Below are positions 50,800 to 60,097 of a DNA stretch of 64,000 nucleotides, piece by piece (position 1 is the first letter of the stretch; each line of letters starts with the position of its first letter). Origin of the DNA: Patescibacteria group bacterium (lineage in GTDB: Bacteria > Patescibacteriota > Minisyncoccia > RBG-13-40-8-A). The stretch is from positions 67,891 to 131,890 of the forward strand of contig JAHILA010000014.1 in NCBI GenBank assembly GCA_018897295.1, read 5' to 3'. The notes beneath the pieces were generated by a model. The model was given only the letters and a program-made list of their open reading frames with translations. It was not told where the DNA came from and searched no databases. Position numbers and translations under genes: made by a program.

Positions 50800-52107
50800 A
50801 TGGAAAGAATTTTAATTTCTAAAATTAAAGAAAAAATTGGACAAAAGACCAAAATCATTGGCTGGGTTTATAATATACGCGATATAGGGTCCATAAAATT
50901 TTTGGTCATCAGGGACGTAAGCGGAATAATTCAGGTAGTCGTTAGTGGCGAAGAATTAATAAAAGTTGTTAAACCAATAAGACTGGAATCAATCGTTGAA
51001 ATTATTGGTATAGTTAAAACGGAGAAACAAGCACCAGGAGGAATTGAAATAATGGCAGAAGAAATAAAAATAATTTCAATTCCATTAGAAACGCCTCCAA
51101 TTTCTGTTTTGGAAAAGGAAGAAACAGAAGCGTCTTTGGAAAAAAGAATGGATTGGCGCTGGATTGATTTAAGAAAACCTCGGAAACAATTGATTTTTAA
51201 GGTTTGGACAACAATGGAAATGGCTTTTAGGAAATGGTGGCTTGAACATGGATTTATTCAGATACATTCTCCGAAATTAATGAGTGCGGCGAGTGAAATC
51301 GGGTCAGAACTTTTTCAGATTTCTTATTTTAACGGAAAAGCATATTTGGCTCAATCGCCACAATTCTATAAACAAATGGCAATGGCATCGGGATTTGAAA
51401 AGGTCTTTGAAATCGGTCCTGTTTTTCGGGCAAACCCATCGTTTACTTCAAGACATGATACAGAATTTACCAGTTACGATATTGAAATGTCATTTATTGA
51501 ATCACACCAAAAATTAATCGAGACAGAACAAGAAATGTTTGTTTATATGATTTCTGAAGTTAAAGAAGAGTACGGTGAGGAAATTGAAAAAGAATTTGGA
51601 AGGAAATTAGTTATTCCTACAATTCCGTTTCCTCAAATTACCATGAAGGAAGCAAAAGAAATGCTTTCTCATTATGATATTAAAAACAGAAGGGAGGGGG
51701 ACTTAAGCCCCGAAGAAGAAAGAAAACTGAGTGAAATCATAAAAGAAAAATACGGGCATGAATTTTGTTTTGTTACCGAATATCCGAGCAGCGTTCGGCC
51801 GTTTTATCATATGCGTCCACAAGGAGATTCTAAATTTACAAAAAGCTTTGATCTTCTGTGGAATGGTCTAGAGATTACAACAGGCGCTCAAAGAGAGCAT
51901 CGATACGAGGTTCTGAAAAAACAAGCGATTGAAAAAGGAATCAAAACCGAAGAGATTAAACATTATCTGGAATTCTTTAAGTATGGCTGTCCGCCTCATG
52001 GGGGATTTGCGATTGGCGCGACAAGATTACTTATGAAGATATTCAATATTGGCAATGTCAGAGAAGTTACTTATCTTTATCGCGGCGTTAAAAGATTAAC
52101 TCCATAG
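50800..52107 (+). CDS. aspS: Aspartate--tRNA(Asp/Asn) ligase, short archaeal-like non-discriminating type
   Basis: YLAQSPQFYKQ, GAQREH, GCPPHGGF; 435 aa, no GAD insertion. Confidence 0.9.
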   Translation: MERILISKIKEKIGQKTKIIGWVYNIRDIGSIKFLVIRDVSGIIQVVVSGEELIKVVKPIRLESIVEIIGIVKTEKQAPGGIEIMAEEIKIISIPLETPPISVLEKEETEASLEKRMDWRWIDLRKPRKQLIFKVWTTMEMAFRKWWLEHGFIQIHSPKLMSAASEIGSELFQISYFNGKAYLAQSPQFYKQMAMASGFEKVFEIGPVFRANPSFTSRHDTEFTSYDIEMSFIESHQKLIETEQEMFVYMISEVKEEYGEEIEKEFGRKLVIPTIPFPQITMKEAKEMLSHYDIKNRREGDLSPEEERKLSEIIKEKYGHEFCFVTEYPSSVRPFYHMRPQGDSKFTKSFDLLWNGLEITTGAQREHRYEVLKKQAIEKGIKTEEIKHYLEFFKYGCPPHGGFAIGATRLLMKIFNIGNVREVTYLYRGVKRLTP

Positions 52108-52176
52108 CCACAAAAGAAAAACTGCTTAATTTATAAGCAGTTTTTCTTTTCCTTAAAGTTTGTTATAATATAATTA

Positions 52177-52929
52177 ATGAATCCATATACTAAAAAACAA
52201 TTTATTATCGGATTGGTGTGGGTGGTGATTTTTGCGATTATCATTGGCGGGATTTATTTATTGATAAAATCAGAAACTCCCCCTGTTAATAATGGAAATC
52301 AAAACGAACCAAAGGAAGATTTAATTATTTTATCCCAATCTTTTATTCTGACTACGGAAAATAATTTTGACTTGGTTGCTAAAATTAAAAATTCCAATAA
52401 TGAATGGGCAGCCGAGTCATTTACTTATGTTTTTAACTTATACGACAGCGCTAATCAGTTGATTGGTTCGCGACAAGGTAAATCATACATTCTGCCACAA
52501 GAAACAAAATACATTATTGAACAGAAAGTTTCTTCGCAAAAATCAATCTCAAAAATCGAATTAAAAATTAGTAATGTCTACTGGGGAAAAATAAGCCAAT
52601 TAGGAGGCCTAGAATTAAGAGTGAAAAATACAGAATACCAAATATTGGAAGATGGCAGCAATCTGTTTACAGGCACAGTGGAAAATAAAAGCAGTTATGA
52701 TTTAGACACTATAGAAGTTGCCGGAGTTTTGCTCAATGAAAATAATGAGATTATTGCTGCTGGTAAAACCTCAATGAACACAGTTTTAAGAAATGAGAGC
52801 AGGGGATTTGAAATTTTTTGGCCTTATCCTATTGCGCAGGAAACCAAATCGTTTGACGCCAGGGCTTATACTAATATTTTTTTGAATGACAATTTTATCA
52901 AAACCCAGGGCGAACCGCCAAAAGAATAA
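52177..52929 (+). CDS. Membrane-anchored protein with FxLYD-like repeats
   Basis: N-terminal TM segment; FNLYD; two similar beta-rich halves. Confidence 0.7.
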   Translation: MNPYTKKQFIIGLVWVVIFAIIIGGIYLLIKSETPPVNNGNQNEPKEDLIILSQSFILTTENNFDLVAKIKNSNNEWAAESFTYVFNLYDSANQLIGSRQGKSYILPQETKYIIEQKVSSQKSISKIELKISNVYWGKISQLGGLELRVKNTEYQILEDGSNLFTGTVENKSSYDLDTIEVAGVLLNENNEIIAAGKTSMNTVLRNESRGFEIFWPYPIAQETKSFDARAYTNIFLNDNFIKTQGEPPKE

Positions 52930-52934
52930 ATTAT

Positions 52935-53009
52935 GCCCCGTAGTGAATTTTTGACTGATGCTACGGGCATCAAAATAATTTTTAATTAGTCAAAAATCTA
53001 CTACAGGGT
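52935..53009. repeat. Inverted-repeat element copy 2 abutting the rodA start
   Basis: Same arms as 17921-18022. Confidence 0.85.
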
Positions 53010-54095
53010 ATGTTCATATATCTTTTGAAAAAGCTTGATTGGGTGCTGATTATCAGCGTGTTGCTGCTGACAATAATCGGATTGATGTCGATTTTCAGCA
53101 CTTCTTTTTCTCACGATAAAAGTTATTTTTATAAACAGACCGCATTTTTAATAATCGGCCTTTTTTTAATGCTCGTTTTCGCTTTTATTGATTATAGGTT
53201 TTTTAGGAATCACTCCACATTGTTGCTGATTTTGTATTTTCTGAGCGTCTTATTATTGATTGCGGTTTTATTTTTCGGGAAAATAAGAGGCGCAGCGAGC
53301 TGGTTTAATTTCGGGATAGTTAATTTTGAACCCGTAGAATTTGCGAAATTGGTAATGGTGTTGATTTTTGCCCAGTATTTCTCTTTGCGTCACATTGAGC
53401 TTTATAGGATAACTCATATTGTCATTTCTGGAGCATATACAATGCTTGTTGCTGGTTTAGTTTTTCTCCAGCCGGATTTGGGTTCGGCAATGGTGCTGAT
53501 ATTTTTATGGTTGGGGGTTATGGTAATTGCAGGAATTAAATTAAAACAACTTTTAATTTTGTTTATTATCGGATTAATTCTTTTTAATATTGCTTGGGTT
53601 GGAGTTTTAAAACCATACCAAAAAGACAGAATTACCAGTTTTATAAATCCGTATCTTGACCCGCAGGGAAGCGGCTATCATCAGATTCAATCAATGATTG
53701 CTATTGGCTCTGGCCAGTTTTGGGGCAGGGGATTGGGGCACGGCCCACAAAGCCAACTGAATTTTTTACCTGAACAGCATACTGATTTTATTTTCGCGGC
53801 AATCGGGGAAGAATGGGGATTTGTAGGATTAATAATTATTTTCATTCTTTATTTTATTTTCTTTTACAGGATTATGAGAATTGCTTTGCAATCGGAAAAT
53901 AATTTTGCCAGATTATTCTGCATTGGCGCGGCGATTGTTTTTATATTCCAGGTTTTCGTGAATATTGGAATGAATCTCGGCCTTCTGCCTATTGCCGGAA
54001 TTTCTCTACCATTTGTTTCCTACGGCGGAAGCAATTTATTGATTAATTTTGTAATGCTGGGAATTGTACAGAGTATTGCAGTCCGCGAGAAGTAG
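53010..54095 (+). CDS. rodA: SEDS peptidoglycan polymerase RodA/FtsW
   Basis: QPDLGSA, PYQKDRI, FLPEQHTDFIF, LPFVSYGGS. Confidence 0.92.
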   Translation: MFIYLLKKLDWVLIISVLLLTIIGLMSIFSTSFSHDKSYFYKQTAFLIIGLFLMLVFAFIDYRFFRNHSTLLLILYFLSVLLLIAVLFFGKIRGAASWFNFGIVNFEPVEFAKLVMVLIFAQYFSLRHIELYRITHIVISGAYTMLVAGLVFLQPDLGSAMVLIFLWLGVMVIAGIKLKQLLILFIIGLILFNIAWVGVLKPYQKDRITSFINPYLDPQGSGYHQIQSMIAIGSGQFWGRGLGHGPQSQLNFLPEQHTDFIFAAIGEEWGFVGLIIIFILYFIFFYRIMRIALQSENNFARLFCIGAAIVFIFQVFVNIGMNLGLLPIAGISLPFVSYGGSNLLINFVMLGIVQSIAVREK

Positions 54096-54185
54096 GGGAT
54101 TGATCCCGCAACTGCGGGGTTGACAATCTTTTTAAGTGTGTGTAGGATATTAGCGTAAGAAAAATCTTACAAAAGGAGGAGAAAA

Positions 54186-54638
54186 ATGTATCTTAAAAAA
54201 ATCTTTTTTGTTCTTTTTCTGGTTTTGTTCGTCGTGATGTTCTCTGTTGACTGCAAAGGCGAGCAGTCCGAAGTCGGAGAAAAAGCCCAGTTCGTCGAGA
54301 GAAGCGACGCAAAAGTGTGGCGTGGAGAAATTATGGCCACCCCAATTCGTTGTTTTGGACCATATGCCAAAATCAAAGTGAAAAATCCGGTCGATAACCA
54401 GGATTATCAATTTCAACTTGAGGTCATTTATAAAGCTAATAATGGCCCGGCGCGGATTGGTCTTCAAAACCTGAATGTGGGTGACGAAATTTTGTTTTTT
54501 AAAACTTTCGTCATTGCCAAGACCAAAGAGAGGGCGATGTATTGCCCTATTGGTATCTATTATTCTTATTCTCTTCGTTATAGAGGAGAATCCATTATCA
54601 ATGGCCATAAAGTCGCCAATCCTCCGAAAAAGAAGTGA
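54186..54638 (+). CDS. Hypothetical exported protein
   Basis: Signal-like N-terminus; own TTGACA promoter, AGGAGG and downstream terminator hairpin. Confidence 0.75.
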   Translation: MYLKKIFFVLFLVLFVVMFSVDCKGEQSEVGEKAQFVERSDAKVWRGEIMATPIRCFGPYAKIKVKNPVDNQDYQFQLEVIYKANNGPARIGLQNLNVGDEILFFKTFVIAKTKERAMYCPIGIYYSYSLRYRGESIINGHKVANPPKKK

Positions 54639-54732
54639 GGAGCACAATGTTCCAACACGCCCCTGCGTTATTTTCCGCGTAGGGGCTTTTTTATTTTCTT
54701 GACAAACTTTATGGATATACTATAATGGAAAT

Positions 54733-54935
54733 AACAATCAAGGCAGTTCGCAACCAGTATAGGCTGGTGTGCCTAAAACTTTCTACTGTATGTAAAAATT
54801 TCATCCCCCCATGGTCCGGCATGCGAGACCGCGGTATGTTGCGAACCGTACTACTCTCGCCCCTGGACCAGATTATTCTATTTGTTCTTTTCTTCTGCTC
54901 TTTTGGAAAACCCGCCTAACCGCGGGCTTTTTATT
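54733..54935 (+). ncRNA. Candidate structured ncRNA (~200 nt)
   Basis: TTGACA-N16-TATAAT at 54699-54726; several complementary segments; terminal hairpin plus T-run. Confidence 0.5.
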
Positions 54936-55022
54936 TATTCCAAAAAGGCGTATAATAAGGGTGTCTTAAATATTCATTTTTTTTAAAGAGGTTGGAAAAG
55001 GGAAAACAATAAAAATTATTTT

Positions 55023-55583
55023 ATGAACGGACAAAATAAAACAGTTTATGTATTTATAGACGCATCAAATGTTTGGAATGCGGTTAAGTCGGTAAAAAAG
55101 TTTATTGAATACAAAACTCTTAAAGATTATTTTAGGAAAAATTTTAACGCAGACAAGGTTGAAATTTTTTATTATGACGCCTATCCAAAAACCGGAACAA
55201 GAGATTATGATTTGGATGGAAAGCATAAATTCTTTACTTATCTTAAAAAGGGGCTTGGTTTTACCGTAAGAAAAAAAGAATTAAAAAGAATCTCTGTTAT
55301 TAGCGAGAGCGGAGAATCTATTATAGAAAAAGGAAATATGGATGTGGAAATAACGATTGACGCAATGCATAACATTCATAAATATAATATAGCCATTTTT
55401 TTTAGCGGCGACGCTGATTTTCTTGCGCTGGTGAATTATTTGAAAAACGGCGGCAAAAAGGTTTATATCTTTTCGTCAGAAGATAATATTTCTCACGAAC
55501 TAAAAACTGGCGGGGATGGTTATTTTGATTTGAAAGATATACATGAATTTTGGGGTAAAGATTTAAAACATCGTGTAAAATGA
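55023..55583 (+). CDS. NYN-domain (LabA/DUF88) nuclease
   Basis: VFIDASN, KGNMDVEITID, FSGDADF. Confidence 0.9.
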   Translation: MNGQNKTVYVFIDASNVWNAVKSVKKFIEYKTLKDYFRKNFNADKVEIFYYDAYPKTGTRDYDLDGKHKFFTYLKKGLGFTVRKKELKRISVISESGESIIEKGNMDVEITIDAMHNIHKYNIAIFFSGDADFLALVNYLKNGGKKVYIFSSEDNISHELKTGGDGYFDLKDIHEFWGKDLKHRVK

Positions 55584-55591
55584 TAATATAT

Positions 55592-55669
55592 AAACGAAAG
55601 TCACCCTCAATTAAGAGGGTGACCCTTGGATGTATAACCCTAACAGTTCTATGGATAGAACCGAAAGAC
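55592..55669 (-). ncRNA. Candidate ~80-nt small RNA convergent with the NYN gene
   Basis: Minus-strand TTGACT-N17-TATACT (55704-55676); GTTCTA/TAGAAC hairpin; GTCACCCTC/GAGGGTGAC terminator. Confidence 0.5.
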
Positions 55670-55949
55670 ATTATCAGTATAGATAAATTAATTAGGTAAG
55701 TCAATAGCAAGTTATCCACAGGTAAAAATAAAAACTAATAAAAATAAATTTATGGATAATAAAATAAAAAAATTGAGAGGAGCGAATGCGGTCTTGAATA
55801 TGAAGATATATTATTGTGTTCTTATCCAACAAAATTAAAAAGATAATTAAGGAAAATGCGGGGCTTGTCCCGCGCAGTCGAGGGGTTGACGATAATTTAA
55901 TAAAAGAGTAGTATAAAAACATCTGCCAAAGGCAGATAAGGAGGAAAAA

Positions 55950-56096
55950 ATGACTGGAGAATGGTTTTTTTTCGGGGTTGGGTTTATTGTTTTCATATCG
56001 GTTCTTATTTTCTTCGTTGGAAGGAATGTAGGAAAGGAAATCAAGGACCTGAAAAAAACTCCTCAAAATAAATCTTTTGAGGATGGACCAGAATGA
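55950..56096 (+). CDS. Small single-pass membrane protein, 48 aa, not in the ORF track
   Basis: MTGEWFFFGVGFIVFISVLIFFVGRNVGKE...; AGGAGG at 55939; promoter and terminator present. Confidence 0.7.
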   Translation: MTGEWFFFGVGFIVFISVLIFFVGRNVGKEIKDLKKTPQNKSFEDGPE

Positions 56097-56197
56097 ATTT
56101 TTGTAATCGGGGGCTGGAAGCAGTCCCCGAGTTTTTTTTTAAATAAAAAAATGGAGCATGCGGTTTTTTGGACCGATGCTCCATGAAGAGCAGGGAA

Positions 56198-56446
56198 TTA
56201 AGACTTGAAGAAGGTGCGGACCCACTTCGGGCTTGAGATAGTGACGTACCATCCTCCGTAACTCCAATTGAATTTGAATTGATCTTTTTTGAGTTCTTCT
56301 TTAATGGGTTCCCACATCTTCCTGCTGACGAATGGACCCTTACGTATGATCAGAGTCAACATGTAATGGTTGATGTAGATAAAGCCAAAGCAAAAACGTT
56401 TTCTTTCCGCCATTTTCAGCCACTTCCTCATGTTTATTTTTTTCAT
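56198..56446 (-). CDS. Hypothetical basic protein
   Basis: AGGAGGTGA upstream, TTGACA promoter, downstream hairpin. Confidence 0.7.
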   Translation of the reverse strand: MKKINMRKWLKMAERKRFCFGFIYINHYMLTLIIRKGPFVSRKMWEPIKEELKKDQFKFNWSYGGWYVTISSPKWVRTFFKS

Positions 56447-56521
56447 CAATCACCTCCTGTTCGCATCATAATCGCTTTTTATAATCTTGTCAATGTTCTT
56501 AAATTGTATTATGATAGATGT

Positions 56522-56809
56522 ATGGCAAAAATTATTTTTAAAATTATGAAGGCAGGGGAGAAAGGACGTTCGGAAGTTGAGATAATTCTGGAAACCCGCC
56601 GCAAGCAAAGCAAGCAGGCGGGCCCGTCAAAATACAAAGTTTTTGTCCGGGACACTGATGAAGTACTTTCTGCGCTTGACACGCTATTAAAAAGGAGTAA
56701 AATAGGATTAGAGTCAGTAAAAGATATTAAAATAGAGACTCATAAAGAAGCAGGGCTTACCTCTACGAGGATAATAAAATCAATTGTAAAAGCCCTTTGC
56801 TTCCTCTAA
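56522..56809 (+). CDS. Short TsaB/YeaZ-like N-terminal-domain protein
   Basis: DEVLSALDTLLK...GLTSTRII resembles the TsaB GxTxxRI region; ATG at 56522. Confidence 0.55.
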   Translation: MAKIIFKIMKAGEKGRSEVEIILETRRKQSKQAGPSKYKVFVRDTDEVLSALDTLLKRSKIGLESVKDIKIETHKEAGLTSTRIIKSIVKALCFL

Positions 56810-56910
56810 ACTTGACTTGGAAATATAAATAAATTAGTATAGAAAAGCTAGTGAAAGCCCTATTTTAGGGTCAGTTTCTATATTTTAATCGGGTAAAATG
56901 CTGCGTTTTC

Positions 56911-59900
56911 ATGATTAAATATTTTTCAAACTATCCGAAAAAATTATATCCTCTTCCAAACTTAGTTGAAATTCAACTTAATAGTTATAAATTATTTTTA
57001 GAAAAAGGATTGAGGGAACTCTTTGATGAAATATCTCCTATCGTCGATTACGGCGGTAAGGATATTTCTTTATATTTTAAGGAATATTATCTGGATGAGC
57101 CCAAATGTGATGAGATAAAGGCCAAAAAAAATAGTCTTTCCTACGAAGCGCCTTTAAAAATTAAATTAAAATTAGTCAATAAAAAAGCGAACGAGACAAA
57201 GGAACAGGAGATTTTTCTCACTGATTTGCCTTTGATTACTCCCCGCGGAACATTCATTGTCAACGGAGTGGAAAGAGTTGTTATTTCCCAGTTGATAAGG
57301 TCCGCGGGTGTTTTTTTTAAGACAAGTTATATAAAAGGAAGGAAAGTGCATGGCGCAAAAATCATTCCGAACCGAGGCGCTTGGCTGGAATTTGACACAG
57401 AAGCAAACAATTCAATTGTTGTGCGTATTGACAGAAAAAGAAAAATTCCAGCAACAGCATTGCTTAGAATTTTTGGTTTGGATACTGATGAGAAAATTCT
57501 CAAGGAATTCAAAGACATTGACAATGATGCTGATATTCAATATATAAAAGAAACTCTGGCCAGGGATACTTCCAAAACATCCGACGACGCCTGGATTGAA
57601 ATTTACAAAAGAATCAGGCCAGGCGATTTGGCTGCTATTGATAATGCAAGACAGCTGATTGAAAATATGTTTAAGAATTTCGACAGATATGATTTATCGG
57701 AAGTCGGTCGTTATAAATTAAATCAGAGAATAGGAATTAAGACTCCACTGGACCCAGGACACAGGATTTTAAGAAAAGAAGACGTGGTTGCAACTATAAA
57801 AGAAATTATTAAATTGAATAATGATCCGGATTTGGTCGGAGATGATATTGACCATTTGGGAAATAGGCGCGTGAGGTCGCTGGGAGAACTTTTGCAAAAT
57901 AAATTCAGAGCAGGCATGGCGCGGGTGATCAGAATTATTAGAGATAGAATGAGTACCATGGACGCTTATAATTTAGCTCCTGCGCAACTTGTTAATTCCA
58001 GGCCGCTTATGGCAGCAGTCAAAGAATTTTTCACATCATCGCAATTATCCCAGTTTATGAATCAGGTAAATCCTTTGTCAGAACTGGAGCATAAAAGAAG
58101 ATTGTCAGCCATGGGCCCCGGAGGCCTAACCAGAGAAAGAGCGGGATTTGAAGTCCGCGATGTGCATCCCTCCCATTATGGAAGAATTTGTCCTATTGAA
58201 ACTCCAGAAGGCCCGAATATTGGTTTGGTTGGCCATCTGGCAAGTTATGCCAAAATTAATGATTATGGATTTATAGAAACTCCATACAGAAAAGTTGAAA
58301 ACGGAAAGGTGACAAATAAAATTGTCTATATGGGCGCTTCTGAAGAGGAAAAATACAATATTGCTCATGCAGGCATTGTTCTGGAATCCAGTGGTCGCAT
58401 GAAAGAGAAAAGAGTTGAGGCAAGAATTCATGGCGAGCCGGGAATTATAGAACGAGACAAGATTGACTGGATGGACGTTTCGCCATACCAGTGTATTAGT
58501 ATTGCTACTGCTTTGATTCCTTTTGTTGAACACGATGATTCAAACCGCGCATTGATGGGTTCAAACATGCAGAGGCAGGCAGTGCCATTGGTTAATCCAG
58601 AAGCGCCGCTCGTCGGCACCGGAATCGAAAGGAAAGCAGCTGTGGATTCAGGCCAGGTAATGCTTTCACCAAGCGACGGAGTAATCAAAGGCGTCGATGC
58701 TTCCCGTATTACTATTTCTTCAAAAGGAACTTTAAAAACTTATCCTTTAAATAATTATTTGCGTTCTAATGAGTATACCTGCATTCACCAGAGGCCGATA
58801 GTCAGGCCTGGCCAGAGAGTTAAGAAAGGCGATGTTATTGCTGACAGTTCTTCAACTCAGGATGGCGAACTGGCTTTAGGGCAAAATCTTCTGGTGGCAT
58901 TTATGTCCTGGTCAGGAGCTAATTTTGAAGACGCAATCGTGCTTTCGGAAAAATTGGTTAAAGATGACAGATTCAGCTCTATTCATATTGAAGAATTTTC
59001 CTGCGATGTGCGTGATACAAAACTTGGGCCGGAAATAACCACTCCTGATATTCCTAATGTCGGCGAGGACAGGTTAAAGGACTTAGATGAGGAAGGTATT
59101 GTTAGAATCGGCGCTGAAGTCGGGCCGGATGATATTTTAGTAGGCAAGATTTCACCTAAAGGCGAAACTGATTTGACTGCGGAAGAAAGATTATTGAGAG
59201 CAATTTTCGGGGATAAAGCCAGAGATATCAAAGATACTTCATTAAGATTGTCCCATGGCAAGCGCGGAAGAGTGGTCGGCATTAAAATTTTCTCAAGAGA
59301 CAAAGGCGACAAACTGCAGGCCGGAGTAATCAAGACAATACAGGTTGAAGTTGCCCAATTCAGAAAAGTTTCCATTGGCGACAAGCTGGCAGGCAGGCAC
59401 GGAAATAAAGGAGTTATTTCTAAAATTCTGCCTGAACAGGATATGCCGTATCTGGCAGACGGAACTCCGGTTGATGTTGTTTTGAATCCTTTGGGAGTTG
59501 CTTCACGTATGAATCTCGGGCAAATATTGGAAACTCATTTGGGATGGGCAGCAAAAACTTTAGGATACAGGACTTACAGTCCTCCGTTTTCAGGCGTGAC
59601 TGAGGAAGAAATCAGAGGGGAATTGAAAAAAGCCGGATTGCCGGAAAGCGGAAAAGTCATTTTACGCGATGGCAGGACCGGCGAACCGTTTATCAATAAA
59701 GTTACGGTCGGTCAGATTTACATCATGAAATTGAATCACTTGGTTGAGGATAAAATTCATATGCGTTCAATCGGCCCTTATTCATTGATTACCCAGCAGC
59801 CGCTCGGGGGAAAGGCTCAATTCGGAGGCCAGAGATTCGGAGAAATGGAAGTGTGGGCATTGGAAGGATATGGCGCAGCGCATACATTGCAGGAAATGCT

Positions 59901-60096
59901 GACTATAAAATCCGATGATGTTATTGGCCGCGCTAATGCTTATGATTCAATTATTAAAGGCAGGCCGATTCAGGCGCCTCATTTGCCTTCATCTTTTAAT
60001 GTTTTATTAAGCGAAATAAGATCGCTTGGATTCGCGATTAATTTAGTAAAAGATAAACCCGCCGCAAGTCCAAAGGACAAGCAGGCGGGCAGGTAA
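56911..60096 (+). CDS. rpoB: RNA polymerase beta subunit
   Basis: [39 protein letters not shown]. Confidence 0.99.
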   Translation: MIKYFSNYPKKLYPLPNLVEIQLNSYKLFLEKGLRELFDEISPIVDYGGKDISLYFKEYYLDEPKCDEIKAKKNSLSYEAPLKIKLKLVNKKANETKEQEIFLTDLPLITPRGTFIVNGVERVVISQLIRSAGVFFKTSYIKGRKVHGAKIIPNRGAWLEFDTEANNSIVVRIDRKRKIPATALLRIFGLDTDEKILKEFKDIDNDADIQYIKETLARDTSKTSDDAWIEIYKRIRPGDLAAIDNARQLIENMFKNFDRYDLSEVGRYKLNQRIGIKTPLDPGHRILRKEDVVATIKEIIKLNNDPDLVGDDIDHLGNRRVRSLGELLQNKFRAGMARVIRIIRDRMSTMDAYNLAPAQLVNSRPLMAAVKEFFTSSQLSQFMNQVNPLSELEHKRRLSAMGPGGLTRERAGFEVRDVHPSHYGRICPIETPEGPNIGLVGHLASYAKINDYGFIETPYRKVENGKVTNKIVYMGASEEEKYNIAHAGIVLESSGRMKEKRVEARIHGEPGIIERDKIDWMDVSPYQCISIATALIPFVEHDDSNRALMGSNMQRQAVPLVNPEAPLVGTGIERKAAVDSGQVMLSPSDGVIKGVDASRITISSKGTLKTYPLNNYLRSNEYTCIHQRPIVRPGQRVKKGDVIADSSSTQDGELALGQNLLVAFMSWSGANFEDAIVLSEKLVKDDRFSSIHIEEFSCDVRDTKLGPEITTPDIPNVGEDRLKDLDEEGIVRIGAEVGPDDILVGKISPKGETDLTAEERLLRAIFGDKARDIKDTSLRLSHGKRGRVVGIKIFSRDKGDKLQAGVIKTIQVEVAQFRKVSIGDKLAGRHGNKGVISKILPEQDMPYLADGTPVDVVLNPLGVASRMNLGQILETHLGWAAKTLGYRTYSPPFSGVTEEEIRGELKKAGLPESGKVILRDGRTGEPFINKVTVGQIYIMKLNHLVEDKIHMRSIGPYSLITQQPLGGKAQFGGQRFGEMEVWALEGYGAAHTLQEMLTIKSDDVIGRANAYDSIIKGRPIQAPHLPSSFNVLLSEIRSLGFAINLVKDKPAASPKDKQAGR
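60058..60093. repeat. Palindromic element forming the rpoB C-terminus (sister copy at 56595-56622)
   Basis: CCCGCCGCAAG...CAAGCAGGCGGG in both copies. Confidence 0.8.
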
Positions 60097-60097
60097 T

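Noticed and set aside
54725-54919. 64-aa ORF from the track
   Set aside because: Its ATG overlaps the -10 box of the promoter, so it could not be in that transcript; treated as an RNA candidate instead.
55712-55830. TTATCCACA DnaA box plus weaker matches in an AT-rich spacer
   Set aside because: Only one perfect box and no dnaA/dnaN nearby; not enough to call an origin.
59383-59400. GCTGGCAGGCAGGCAC in rpoB resembles the palindromic element
   Set aside because: It encodes the universally conserved [12 protein letters not shown] motif, so it is not an insertion.
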